NCBI GenBank assembly: GCA_028286665.1
Contig: JAQBRD010000012.1
Location: 841-64,840 of the forward strand
Direction of reading: 5' to 3'
Length of the DNA stretch: 64,000 nt
Origin: Candidatus Tayloriibacteriota bacterium
Lineage (GTDB): Bacteria; Patescibacteriota; Minisyncoccia; Phycocordibacterales; PALSA-1337
Part shown: positions 28,820 through 37,902 of the stretch, piece by piece
Numbering within the stretch: position 1 is the first letter of the stretch
Layout of the letters: every line of letters begins with the position of its first letter
Notes under the pieces: generated by a model
The model's database searches: none
Told to the model about the DNA's origin: nothing
What the model saw: only the letters and a program-made list of their open reading frames with translations
Position numbers and translations under genes: made by a program

Positions 28820-31800
28820 ATGGCCGCAAATCGGATCTATTCAAAAAAAGCTTTTTTCAGCATATTTCTTTCTGTGCTTATGCCGCTGCTTCTCCTTTCT
28901 GTTCTGATCTCTGATCCGGCAAGTTCGGACGCTGCGGGGGGCTGCGCTCCTTCCATCTATTGGTATAAGACTGGAGCGGATGCGTACTGGACTACGCTCG
29001 CCGGCAATTGGTGGACGGATGAAGCGCATACTTCGCAAGCGTCAGCATTGCCTGCTTCAGGCGCTTGCGTCGGCACTGTTCCTGACAGTGAAATTCCCAT
29101 CGTCGTCGTCGATGACGTTCCTGAGGTATCTACCCTTGCCGGGATAGATGCGACAGCTACAGGAATCATTTTTACGAGCAGCGACGGTGCCTCGTTTCCA
29201 AACATACATTACGAAATTCAAGGCGATGTCACGCTCAAAGGTTCCGTCGTTCTTCAGGGCGAACTTCACGCTGCGGGCACCATCACATTCGATGGTACGA
29301 GCGTCAATCAAGGCTCGCCGGATCGCAATTCGCTCGTGTTCAGCGGAGCGAGCCATAATGAGGCGAATTTTCCTGGAGGCTCCGGAACATTTACGTTCAA
29401 CGGTTCGAGCTACAATACGGGATTTCTCGATGCAGCCTTCGTCACTTTCAATGGTTCGAGCCATAGCGACGGGGGTATTTTCGGCAGCATAACATTCAAT
29501 GGATCAAGCTACACTACTAACCAGATAGCCGGCGGCAGCCATACAATACTCAATACTGATCATTATGGCGGAGTGGTGCCTATCGGCGGCGTGCTCACGC
29601 TCAATGGAAACCAGAATTGGTGGGCAACTGAAGGAGGCAATGCGTATGATTCGAATGATCAGCTGATCACGTCATTCATATTCAACGGATCAAGCTATCT
29701 GCATCAGGATTCACAAGTCAGCGGCGATGCGGTATTCAACGATTCCAGCCATATCGATGGGAGTGTATCCGGCAATGCGAAGATGAACACAGATTATTAT
29801 GGCGGAGTAGTGCCGACCGGCGGCGTGATCACATTGAATGGGACGCAGGTATGGAATGCACCAGTCACCATGATTACGGATTCGAATGATGAACCGATCA
29901 CGTCAATCATTTTCAATGAATCAAGCTATAATGCGGGCACTGTTAATGCCATGGCCGCATTCAATGGCTCCGCGTATAATGCAGGTTACATATACGGCAC
30001 CTCGACCTTCAATGGCGTCAGCTTTAATGGCGCGGGCGGCACTCCTGGTTCGGTAGCGATTTTCAATGCTTCGAGCAGCAACCGGAGCGATGTTATGGGG
30101 GAAGCAACCTTCAATGACTCAGCTTATAATACCGGCAACCTCTATAACACCGCCACATTCAATGCATCGAGCAGCAACCTGTACGGAGCATCGATCTACA
30201 GTCCTGCGACTTTCAATGGTACGAGCTACAATGAAGGCTACATCGAAGCGCTGACGACATTCAATGCATCGAGCAGCAATGCGGGAGGAGGAATTATCAA
30301 TGGCGATGCCGAATTCCATGGTGTGAGCTATAACGGCGGCAGCGTGACCGGCAGCGCGACATTCAACGACTCGACGTATAACATATTCAACGTTGCGGTC
30401 TTGGCGACATTCAATGACTTCAGCCATAATGACGCAGCTACTGATTTTCCTGCTGATGCGATATTCAATGATTCGAGCTTCAATCAGACCAATGCGGTCG
30501 TGTATGGACATGCGACATTCAATGACCTGAGCTATAACCTGGGAACTATCGATTCGGATGCGACATTCAACACGGCATATTACGGGGGAGTCCTTCCTGC
30601 GGGCGGGCTTTTCACGATAGGCGGCGGAAAATCCTGGTACGGCAGCGTTGGAAATATTGCATTCGGTTCAGACGATGCCACTATCACGGCATTCGCATTC
30701 ATGGGAACGAGCACCAACGAGGGCACGGTTTTCGCGACTGTTCCTGCGAATGCGACGACCACCTTCTATGAAGACCTGTCAGAGAACCATGGCATCGTCA
30801 ATGGAACGAAAGTTCGGCGATACACGTCGAACGCCACGACGACCCGCAATTTCATCACCAGCGGTCCTTGGACGGTGATCGCTGACGGGGCGACGGTCGA
30901 TCTTTCCGGATCGAGTTTCAATGCGACGACGACTTTCCGGACTCTGAATGGCGGAGCGTTCGGGGTGCTTTCGACTGCTTGCGCCGCTCCATTGCCAGGA
31001 ACCCTCTCGTACGTCCTCTCCGGGGATATTTCAGGAAGCTGTACTGTAGCTTCGAGCGACGTCACGATCGATGGAAATGATCATGCGATCTCCGGCAATG
31101 TCATCGCCAACGGCATCGCAAGCGGCGCATCCGGTTTCAATCTGAATCTTGCCCGCGTCACGGTCGGCGGCACGGTTTCTTCGAACGGTGCCAACGGCAC
31201 GATCGGAGGATCAGGTGGCACGATCACCATATCCAGTTCGACGGTTGCGGCGGTGAGAGCGAACGGAGGAAATGGAACAGGGAATGGCGGCAACGGAGGA
31301 ATCATCGCACTGGTAGATTCGACGAGTACGGCATTGAGCGCGAATGGAGGCAATAGCTCGAATAACGGAGCGGGAGGTTCCGGCGGCACGATAAGTCTCG
31401 AAAACTCGACATCAACCTCGATCTCGGTCTCTGCGGGAACGGACGGTCCGAATAAGAATCCAGCGCAAGATTCCGGCCATGGCGGCACAAGCCATGCGAC
31501 AGATACCGCGCCTCCGGTCATAACTCTGAATGGAAGCAGCGCCGTCTCGATCGCCTTCGGCGGCACGTATGTCGAATTGGGCGCGACTGCGGTGGATGCG
31601 GTTTCAGGCTCGCGTACCGTGGTCATTTCCGGATCGGTGAATACTGCCGTTGCCGGAGTCTATGTGAAAACATACACTGCTGCTGACGCTGCCGGAAACA
31701 GCGCAAGCAAGACGAGAACGATCACCGTGCGTGCCCAAGCTACAGCAGCCAATACTAATCCTCCAGGAGGAGCTGCGACGCCAGCGCATGCTTCATCGCG

Positions 31801-32515
31801 ATCATCCGGTTCTGCTGCCATGCTTCCGACGCTCAATTTGGCTCCGCTTCCTTCATTCAGCAATAGCGTTTCAAACAATCTCGGAGTCTCGCATCTCGGC
31901 AACCCTCTCGAAGGCCTCAAGGCTTTCAGTTCGCTGAAGCTTTCCACGCTCTCGTTCAAGTTCGTGCCGCAGATCTCGACATTCGTCTTCGCGCCGCTTC
32001 CAGCATCGGTTGCGAAGATACTCGGCAGATCTCCGAAGCTGTCGAACCTCGTCGCATCCGTCGGCGTCTCTCGCGAGCAGGATCTCGTCGCGCTTCTCCG
32101 GAACCCGATCCTGATCCCGAAGCCTGCTGCAGGCGACATTCCGCCAGGACTCTTCATCGCGACTGCCTCCAGCACGCCGCTCGAGCTGTATCTCGCCGGA
32201 GACGCTGAGCATCGTCTTGCGGAACTTGTCCGGACGCAGCCGGGAACTGTTCTCGATATCGCATTCGTGCCGCTGAGCAAGAGCAGCGTACAGGCCAAAT
32301 TCCGCGGCAGCCCGATCAAATTCTTCGCATCGCGCACGGCAGAGGTGCATGCAGTAATCGCTGCTCCTGATGTTCCCGGCAGATATTTCATGACTACTTC
32401 CGCCGCTCCATTTCCGCTCATCATCGAAGTTGTCGCACTGAAGCAGCAGTCTGCGCCGGCGAAGCCTGAGGCGAAAGGGAAGTTCGGCAGCTGGCTGAGC
32501 GGACTGTTTCATTAA
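28820..32515 (+). CDS. Large secreted protein with tandem about 20-aa N-x-S/T-sequon repeats, a Gly-rich block and a DUF5011-like Ig domain
   Basis: Signal peptide. At least 20 units of the form ATFN[GDA]SSYN-G between about 29390 and 30560. A Gly-rich GGxGG region at about 31080-31440. The segment DTAPPVITLNGSS...GATAVDAVSG...YVKTYTAADAAGN...TRTITV matches the bacterial Ig-like DUF5011 pattern. TGCTAAAAT lies 9 nt upstream. Confidence 0.8.
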   Translation: MAANRIYSKKAFFSIFLSVLMPLLLLSVLISDPASSDAAGGCAPSIYWYKTGADAYWTTLAGNWWTDEAHTSQASALPASGACVGTVPDSEIPIVVVDDVPEVSTLAGIDATATGIIFTSSDGASFPNIHYEIQGDVTLKGSVVLQGELHAAGTITFDGTSVNQGSPDRNSLVFSGASHNEANFPGGSGTFTFNGSSYNTGFLDAAFVTFNGSSHSDGGIFGSITFNGSSYTTNQIAGGSHTILNTDHYGGVVPIGGVLTLNGNQNWWATEGGNAYDSNDQLITSFIFNGSSYLHQDSQVSGDAVFNDSSHIDGSVSGNAKMNTDYYGGVVPTGGVITLNGTQVWNAPVTMITDSNDEPITSIIFNESSYNAGTVNAMAAFNGSAYNAGYIYGTSTFNGVSFNGAGGTPGSVAIFNASSSNRSDVMGEATFNDSAYNTGNLYNTATFNASSSNLYGASIYSPATFNGTSYNEGYIEALTTFNASSSNAGGGIINGDAEFHGVSYNGGSVTGSATFNDSTYNIFNVAVLATFNDFSHNDAATDFPADAIFNDSSFNQTNAVVYGHATFNDLSYNLGTIDSDATFNTAYYGGVLPAGGLFTIGGGKSWYGSVGNIAFGSDDATITAFAFMGTSTNEGTVFATVPANATTTFYEDLSENHGIVNGTKVRRYTSNATTTRNFITSGPWTVIADGATVDLSGSSFNATTTFRTLNGGAFGVLSTACAAPLPGTLSYVLSGDISGSCTVASSDVTIDGNDHAISGNVIANGIASGASGFNLNLARVTVGGTVSSNGANGTIGGSGGTITISSSTVAAVRANGGNGTGNGGNGGIIALVDSTSTALSANGGNSSNNGAGGSGGTISLENSTSTSISVSAGTDGPNKNPAQDSGHGGTSHATDTAPPVITLNGSSAVSIAFGGTYVELGATAVDAVSGSRTVVISGSVNTAVAGVYVKTYTAADAAGNSASKTRTITVRAQATAANTNPPGGAATPAHASSRSSGSAAMLPTLNLAPLPSFSNSVSNNLGVSHLGNPLEGLKAFSSLKLSTLSFKFVPQISTFVFAPLPASVAKILGRSPKLSNLVASVGVSREQDLVALLRNPILIPKPAAGDIPPGLFIATASSTPLELYLAGDAEHRLAELVRTQPGTVLDIAFVPLSKSSVQAKFRGSPIKFFASRTAEVHAVIAAPDVPGRYFMTTSAAPFPLIIEVVALKQQSAPAKPEAKGKFGSWLSGLFH

Positions 32516-32560
32516 GCAGAGATGGGATATACTTAGGGGCATACTAATCTTTAATTTCAT

Positions 32561-32947
32561 ATGTTCAAATTCACCACAGGGCTTCTCGAAAAAACTCGTC
32601 TCATGTCGAATATCCTGATGTTCCTTCTGCTCATCGGCAACATCTTCTTCAGCGTCCAGTATACGGAGCGGATGAAGGAGCAGGTTTTCGAAAATCAGCT
32701 CACAAGCCAGACTGAAGCCGACCGCGCCCAGATATCCCATTTTCTCAAGTTCTTCATCGACACCGTCATCAATACGCAGGGAACCGTTTCCTTCGATGAC
32801 CGAGTCAAGCTCGAGAACGATATCCGTCAGATCCACAATCCGGAACTCACCAAGCAGTGGGAGGATTTCGTCGGCAGCAAGGATAGCAAGACAGCCCAGC
32901 AGAATGCCGTGAAGCTCATGTCGATGCTCGTCGGCAAGATGGTCTAG
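32561..32947 (+). CDS. Hypothetical protein with an N-terminal transmembrane anchor
   Basis: 128 aa with no recognisable domain. A perfect 32-nt palindromic terminator follows. Confidence 0.5.
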   Translation: MFKFTTGLLEKTRLMSNILMFLLLIGNIFFSVQYTERMKEQVFENQLTSQTEADRAQISHFLKFFIDTVINTQGTVSFDDRVKLENDIRQIHNPELTKQWEDFVGSKDSKTAQQNAVKLMSMLVGKMV

Positions 32948-32961
32948 GCAATACGCGAAGG

Positions 32962-32996
32962 AAAATGCCGTCGCATGCATGCGACGGCATTTTCGC
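32962..32996. terminator. Palindromic (bidirectional) terminator
   Basis: AAAATGCCGTCGCATG|CATGCGACGGCATTTT, a perfect 16-bp inverted repeat with A and T flanks. Confidence 0.75.
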
Positions 32997-33123
32997 AATG
33001 ACCCTTACAAGGTCTTGGCATGCCAAATCCAGCCCCGAGTCCATACTGGATTTTTCGTCAGAAATATTCTATAGTGTTGTGGCGCTTCAGCTATCGGCCG
33101 AAGCGGCATCGAAGCTCATATAT

Positions 33124-33197
33124 TGCGGGATCATCTAATGGTAGGATAGACGCCTCTGAAGCGTTTCATCTTGGTTCGAGTCCAAGTCCCGCAGCCA
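33124..33197 (+). tRNA. tRNA-Gln (anticodon CUG)
   Basis: Cloverleaf folded by hand. Acceptor TGCGGGA/TCCCGCA with U1-A72 and G73 (Gln identity elements). D-stem ATCT/GGAT with a GG loop. Anticodon stem GACGC/GCGTT with loop CT-CTG-AA. T-arm CTTGG-TTCGAGT-CCAAG. CCA is encoded. Confidence 0.85.
33177..33195 (+). repeat. 19-bp direct repeat, copy 1 (the 3' end of tRNA-Gln), attL-like
   Basis: The sequence cgagtccaagtcccgcagc recurs exactly at 34082-34100. Confidence 0.75.
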
Positions 33198-34081
33198 ACT
33201 TGAGGTAGGTTCGGAGTCCGAGGAGCATCGAATCTGATATAATTACCAATATGAATAACTTATATCTCATCGGCGGCTCTCCGCGTTCCGGAAAGACCAT
33301 CATCTTTAAGGAGATGATAAATAGGAAACCGATGATCGCCATTTCTTCCGATGCGCTGCGAGAATCCGCTAGATATACATTGACTGAAGAACCATTTGTC
33401 AGCATACAAAAACTTTCTTTTGAAGGAGATGTTTCTTTCCATCGGGCGGGAGAGAATAAAGACATATCTCATGCAAAACATTTTTCATACGATATCGACC
33501 AAGAAGAACTGACTTGGAAAGCGATTGTCGGATTGATCAACTTTTATGACCGAAAGTCCGGCAACTCTCTCATTATTGAAGGAATGGCGATTACTCCTGA
33601 GCGAGTCAAAAGCCTGTCTCTTAAGAATCTGAAGATAAAAGCTGCTTTTGTAGGGTTTACCGATGATTCTCATCTTAAGAATATTCTTGAATATGCCCAT
33701 GCGAATGAAGATTGGGTTCATAAGAAAATTACGCTTGAGGATGGCGGAGATGATTCTTCCGTAAGGAAATGGTTTAATGAAGAACTTGGCAAGAATAAAG
33801 AGGATGCTACTCTCGCAAAGGAATATGGTTACGAATTTTTCTCTCCTCATGAGGGTTCTTTTGAGGAATATACAAATAAGGTGGTGGAGTATCTTCTTGG
33901 TTAGTTGGTCATTCCGAGGAAGGTCAAAATGCCATATTCAAACATCTCAGAAAACCCTTGTGGGGTCTAACGGCAGAAGTTCCGAACCCGAGAAGGCCGG
34001 AGCGCAGCCGCCATGTTGCGCAGCAACGGCGGCAAGCGAGGCGGGGTCGAGCAAAATCTGCGAAGCAGATTTATGCGTGAC
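33198..34081 (+). mobile_element. Putative remnant of an integrated element between the tRNA-Gln direct repeats (no integrase present)
   Basis: The segment is bounded by perfect 19-bp repeats of the tRNA 3' end. Its coding sequence is visibly more AT-rich than its surroundings, with frequent TTA, ATA, AAA and TTT codons. This was judged by reading the sequence, not computed. Confidence 0.45.
33251..33904 (+). CDS. P-loop kinase-like protein (AAA_33 / zeta-toxin-like Walker A)
   Basis: Walker A motif LIGGSPRSGKT near the N-terminus. AT-richer codon usage than the flanking genes. TATAAT lies 7 nt before the ATG. Confidence 0.65.
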   Translation: MNNLYLIGGSPRSGKTIIFKEMINRKPMIAISSDALRESARYTLTEEPFVSIQKLSFEGDVSFHRAGENKDISHAKHFSYDIDQEELTWKAIVGLINFYDRKSGNSLIIEGMAITPERVKSLSLKNLKIKAAFVGFTDDSHLKNILEYAHANEDWVHKKITLEDGGDDSSVRKWFNEELGKNKEDATLAKEYGYEFFSPHEGSFEEYTNKVVEYLLG

Positions 34082-34100
34082 CGAGTCCAAGTCCCGCAGC
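34082..34100 (+). repeat. 19-bp direct repeat, copy 2 (displaced tRNA 3' fragment), attR-like
   Basis: Identical to 33177-33195. An AAATCTGC-gaa-GCAGATTT hairpin precedes it. Confidence 0.75.
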
Positions 34101-34127
34101 TCGTAATTTACGTGTTAAGATTCGCAT

Positions 34128-34550
34128 ATGAATAGCGAACAAATCATAAAGGTTGGGATTGGTGTAACCGTTTTTAAAGACGGCAAGATACTTATGGGAA
34201 AAAGAAAGAAAGCGCATGGAAGCGGAGAGTATGCATACCCCGGGGGTCATTTCGAATATATGGAATCCTTCATTGATTCTGCTCAGAGAGAGGTGCGGGA
34301 AGAGACCGGTATAGAAATAGATAACATCAGATTTCTGGGTTTGCTCAATCTCAAGAATTACGCTCCGAAACATTACGTTCATATCATGCTTGCGGCAGAT
34401 TGGAAAAGCGGTGAACCGCAAGTACTAGAACCTGAAAAGTGCGAAGGGTGGGATTGGTATGAAGTTGATAATTTGCCTTCACCGCGATTTGCTACTGCTG
34501 ATAAGCATATCGAGGCAATAAAAACAGGAGTTAATTTCTTCGATAATTAG
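34128..34550 (+). CDS. NUDIX hydrolase
   Basis: Nudix box GGHFEYMESFIDSAQREVREETGI (Gx5Ex7REUxEExGU). AT-richer composition. TAAGAT lies 6 nt before the ATG. Confidence 0.85.
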   Translation: MNSEQIIKVGIGVTVFKDGKILMGKRKKAHGSGEYAYPGGHFEYMESFIDSAQREVREETGIEIDNIRFLGLLNLKNYAPKHYVHIMLAADWKSGEPQVLEPEKCEGWDWYEVDNLPSPRFATADKHIEAIKTGVNFFDN

Positions 34551-34667
34551 TTAAAAGGGCTCCAACTTCCTACCACACGGCCAGCCAAAGAGGCGGATAT
34601 TAAATTCGACGATGGCGTTTCTGCGCTTCCCGTTTCCTTCTGACGAAATCGCGTTATACTATAGCCC

Positions 34668-35570
34668 ATGTGGATCCTATTCGCCTTCCTCGCGCCAGCG
34701 CTCTATGCCGTCGGAGAAATATTCGATGAATATCTGAGCAATCAGGGCTTCAAGAACATCTCGTCGCTCATATTCTTCGCATGCCTCCTCAATTTCATAT
34801 TCATACCCGTCATCTTCCTCATCGAGCGGCCGATGCTGCCGCCGCTGCACCTGATCTGGCCGCTCATCGGCGTCGCGCTCACGAATCTCCTCTACCTCTA
34901 TCCGTATTATAAATCCCTGAAGATCGAGGATACCTCGGTCGTCTCGGCATTCTTCTCCTTCGGCAAGATCATCATTCCGATATTCGCATTCGCCTTCATC
35001 GGGGAAGTGCTGCAGCTGCGCGAATATGTCGGCATCGCGATCATCATCCTCGGAAACATATTTCTCGCATTCCATGCGACGAAGAAGAAATTGACTCTGA
35101 GCAAGGCTTTCTACCTCATCATCTTCGCGTCGACGCTCCTCGCGATCGAAGGCATCCTCTTCAAATACATGTTCGAGCAGGGAATGAATTGGAGCACGGC
35201 AGTCGGCGGTCAGCTCCTCATCTCGGGCGTTCTTGGCTGCACGACGCTCCTGCTTTTCAAGAAATCGAGAACCCGCATCATGGAAGACCGCGGGCATTTC
35301 AGGAAGAATTCGGTATTCTTCTTCACTGAGGAGCTCTTCACATTCCTCGCACTTGCTGCAGAAACCTACGCCATCAGCCTCGCGCCGGTGAGCCTCGTCA
35401 AGGGAATCGGCATGGCCATTCCGATATTCGTGCTTACGTATACCGTCGCAGTCAAGAGATTCAGGCCGAAAGCTTTCCACGAAGACACGCATCGCGGCAT
35501 CGTGGCGAAGAAAGTCTTCACGTTCGGACTGATCATCGTCGGGCTGCTGCTTATCGGGGTCGCTGATTAG
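34668..35570 (+). CDS. DMT-superfamily (EamA-like) membrane transporter
   Basis: Ten predicted helices arranged as two EamA-like halves. TATACT lies 7 nt before the ATG. Confidence 0.65.
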   Translation: MWILFAFLAPALYAVGEIFDEYLSNQGFKNISSLIFFACLLNFIFIPVIFLIERPMLPPLHLIWPLIGVALTNLLYLYPYYKSLKIEDTSVVSAFFSFGKIIIPIFAFAFIGEVLQLREYVGIAIIILGNIFLAFHATKKKLTLSKAFYLIIFASTLLAIEGILFKYMFEQGMNWSTAVGGQLLISGVLGCTTLLLFKKSRTRIMEDRGHFRKNSVFFFTEELFTFLALAAETYAISLAPVSLVKGIGMAIPIFVLTYTVAVKRFRPKAFHEDTHRGIVAKKVFTFGLIIVGLLLIGVAD

Positions 35571-35640
35571 ATAGCTGATTCCAACAGCAAAACGCACCCA
35601 ACAATGCGTTTTGCTTCATTATAGATTTTGCTTCAGACGC

Positions 35641-36585
35641 TTAGAGTCCGAGAGCGGTCGTAATACTGAACTGAGTTGTCGTTCGCGTGTTTCCTGCAGC
35701 ATCCTTCGATTCCGCTACCATATAGTACTTGGTCGATGTGCTGAGTCCTGAGAGGGCAATCTCGTGGTTCGTCACAAGAGAAGCATTATCAACGCGTGCG
35801 GTGCTTGTCGAATTCACATTGACTGGATTCGTCGCTGAGAAATAGACTCGCGTCGTCGCAGCTTCATTCGTGTTCCAGAAAACCTTCGCTGATGTCGATG
35901 CTACGGTCGCGTACAGGCTGGTCATGACTGGTGCTCGGGTGTCTGAAACCGTCGAGCTTGCCTGAGTCGTGAAAGAGAATTGGCCAGATGTCGTCGCATT
36001 TCCGGCGTTGTCTCGCACTTCGATGAGCGCATAGTACGTAGTGCTTGCGCTGAGGTTTGAAATCGTTACGTCGTGATTTTTCGTCATCTCATTTCTCACG
36101 GCGATTCGCGTAGTCGAAGCTGTCTTCGATGCCGGCGTACTCGTGCTTACGAAGATCTTCGCATCAGATCTCTCATTCGTCGACCATCGAATTTCTGCAG
36201 CACTGCCTGTGGTCTGAGTCACGATGGCGCTTATGACCGGCGCGAGCGTATCGTGGGCATCGCGGTCCTCGTTGTTTCGATTTTCATTGTCGCGATCATC
36301 ATGCGTGCGGTCTTCATTTTGAAATTTATTTGCGATGCCGTTCGGAATATGGCATCGGCCTGACATGTCTGCTGCAGTGACTGCTCCGTTGAGCTTGATC
36401 CATCCAGGAGCGATGAGATGTCCGTACGCATGGAAGCAGCTTTCTTTCTGGAGCACTTTGTCAGCGCCTCGGTCATTGCCCTTGCCATTCTCCTTTGCGA
36501 AGCTGACGCTCGGGCTCATCGCGATCGTCGCTGCGAGCGCTGTTATGGCTGCAAGCTTGCTGAAAGTCATATTGTGTTTATTCAT
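35641..36585 (-). CDS. Secreted protein with two fibronectin type III-like domains
   Basis: Signal peptide MNKHNMTFSKLAAITALAATIAMSPSVSFA. Two FN3-like units (DT-APV...W-T-E...LS-STTYY...D-AGN...F-T). The start was trimmed from the ORF-track start (36762) to Met60 (36585). Confidence 0.65.
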   Translation of the reverse strand: MNKHNMTFSKLAAITALAATIAMSPSVSFAKENGKGNDRGADKVLQKESCFHAYGHLIAPGWIKLNGAVTAADMSGRCHIPNGIANKFQNEDRTHDDRDNENRNNEDRDAHDTLAPVISAIVTQTTGSAAEIRWSTNERSDAKIFVSTSTPASKTASTTRIAVRNEMTKNHDVTISNLSASTTYYALIEVRDNAGNATTSGQFSFTTQASSTVSDTRAPVMTSLYATVASTSAKVFWNTNEAATTRVYFSATNPVNVNSTSTARVDNASLVTNHEIALSGLSTSTKYYMVAESKDAAGNTRTTTQFSITTALGL

Positions 36586-36733
36586 GATGTTTGGGTTATT
36601 GGTAATGGTACAAGGCCGATGACGCGGGGCAGCGGCAATCCTTACATCGACAAATAATGGATTATGTTGTATTTTAGTAAATGTAAGAAAGTCATTCCAA
36701 GGACGTCTGCCCATATAGGGTCTCCACATACTG

Positions 36734-37264
36734 ATGAACTCAAGCCTCGAAAAAGCATTCATAGACCTCTATGCAAAGGAAGCCGACGCTGTCTTTCGCT
36801 TCTGCCTTATGCGCACATCGAATCGCGACGTGGCAAGGGATCTCACGCAGGAAGCATTCACGAAGATCTGGACAAGCATGCAGGACGGCATCGATATTCA
36901 GAATATGCGGGCATTCGTATTCAAGGTCTCAAGGAATCTCCTGATCGACTGGTACCGGAAGAAGAAGCCGTCATCTCTCGATGCGATGGCAGATGAGGAT
37001 ATCCATGGTGAGATCGCTCTCGTCGAGGACGGCGCCGAAATGGCCGCAGAGATGAGCGCGGAAGCGAGATTCCTCATAGCGAAGATCGGGGAACTGGAAC
37101 CGGCGTATCAGCAGGTCGTCTATCTCAGGTTCGTCGAAGACTTGAAGCCGCAGGAGATCGCAGATGCTCTCGGAGAATCGGTGAATGTCATATCGGTGCG
37201 GATAACGAGAGGGATCGAGAAGCTTCGGCAGATGACAGGATATGAGAAAGAAAATTCCAAATGA
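36734..37264 (+). CDS. ECF-family RNA polymerase sigma factor
   Basis: Region 2 (FRFCLMRTSNRDVARDLTQEAFTKIW) and region 4 (VVYLRFVEDLKPQEIADALGESVNVISVRITRGIEKLR). Confidence 0.85.
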   Translation: MNSSLEKAFIDLYAKEADAVFRFCLMRTSNRDVARDLTQEAFTKIWTSMQDGIDIQNMRAFVFKVSRNLLIDWYRKKKPSSLDAMADEDIHGEIALVEDGAEMAAEMSAEARFLIAKIGELEPAYQQVVYLRFVEDLKPQEIADALGESVNVISVRITRGIEKLRQMTGYEKENSK

Positions 37265-37902
37265 AAAACTTCAATCTACAAAACGCGATACAGGATTTCA
37301 AGAAAGCAGGCCTCTCTCAGGATGAAAAGAGGGATATGCTGGCGCGCATCATGCAGAAGCCGGCAGCGCTTCCGATCAAGTCTCCTTTCCTCACCTTTTT
37401 TCCGAGGAGGATGGCATATGCGATGGTCGCTCTGTTATTTGTTGCAGGGAGCGTCGGCACATCATATGCAGCGGAAAGGGCCGTTCCGGGAGACGCGCTC
37501 TATCCGGTGAAGATACATGTGAACGAATCGCTCAGAGGTGTACTCTCAATCAAGAAAGAGGCGAAGATAGAATGGGAAGCGGAGAAAGCCGAACGCCGCC
37601 TTGCAGAAGCTCGCGTGCTCGCGTCGCAAGGCAGGCTCGATGAAGGTGCGCGCAAAGGCATCGAAACTAAGTTCAATCTCCACGCTGAAAAGTTCAGCGA
37701 AATTTCCAATGAAGATGGAAGAAGCGACACTAACGAGAAGAACGCCGAGCATCTGCATGATAAGTTCGAAGCCGGAATAAAGGCTGAGACCGGCAAGCTC
37801 GACCTCATCAAGGGTTCCTCCGGCGATGTCCAGAAGCATGAGATCCAGGAGCTTGAGAATGCCATCAAGGGAAAGATGCAGAAGATACAGAAGCATATAT
37901 GA
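37261..37902 (+). CDS. Putative anti-sigma factor (DUF5667-like, single-pass membrane protein)
   Basis: ATGA overlap with the sigma gene. One transmembrane helix, then the PGDALYPVK motif typical of DUF5667 proteins that sit downstream of ECF sigma genes. Coiled-coil C-terminus. Confidence 0.55.
   Translation: MKNFNLQNAIQDFKKAGLSQDEKRDMLARIMQKPAALPIKSPFLTFFPRRMAYAMVALLFVAGSVGTSYAAERAVPGDALYPVKIHVNESLRGVLSIKKEAKIEWEAEKAERRLAEARVLASQGRLDEGARKGIETKFNLHAEKFSEISNEDGRSDTNEKNAEHLHDKFEAGIKAETGKLDLIKGSSGDVQKHEIQELENAIKGKMQKIQKHI

Noticed and set aside
33203-33227. A second tRNA or tRNA fragment right after tRNA-Gln (aggttcggagtccgagg, resembling a T-arm).
   Set aside because: No complete stems or acceptor arm could be folded. 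It is noted only as a possible insertion scar.
33777-34106. A 109-aa ORF spanning the gap between the kinase gene and the second direct repeat.
   Set aside because: It overlaps the kinase 3' end in another frame. Its composition is biased, and it runs through the hairpin and the att-like repeat. It is most likely non-coding.
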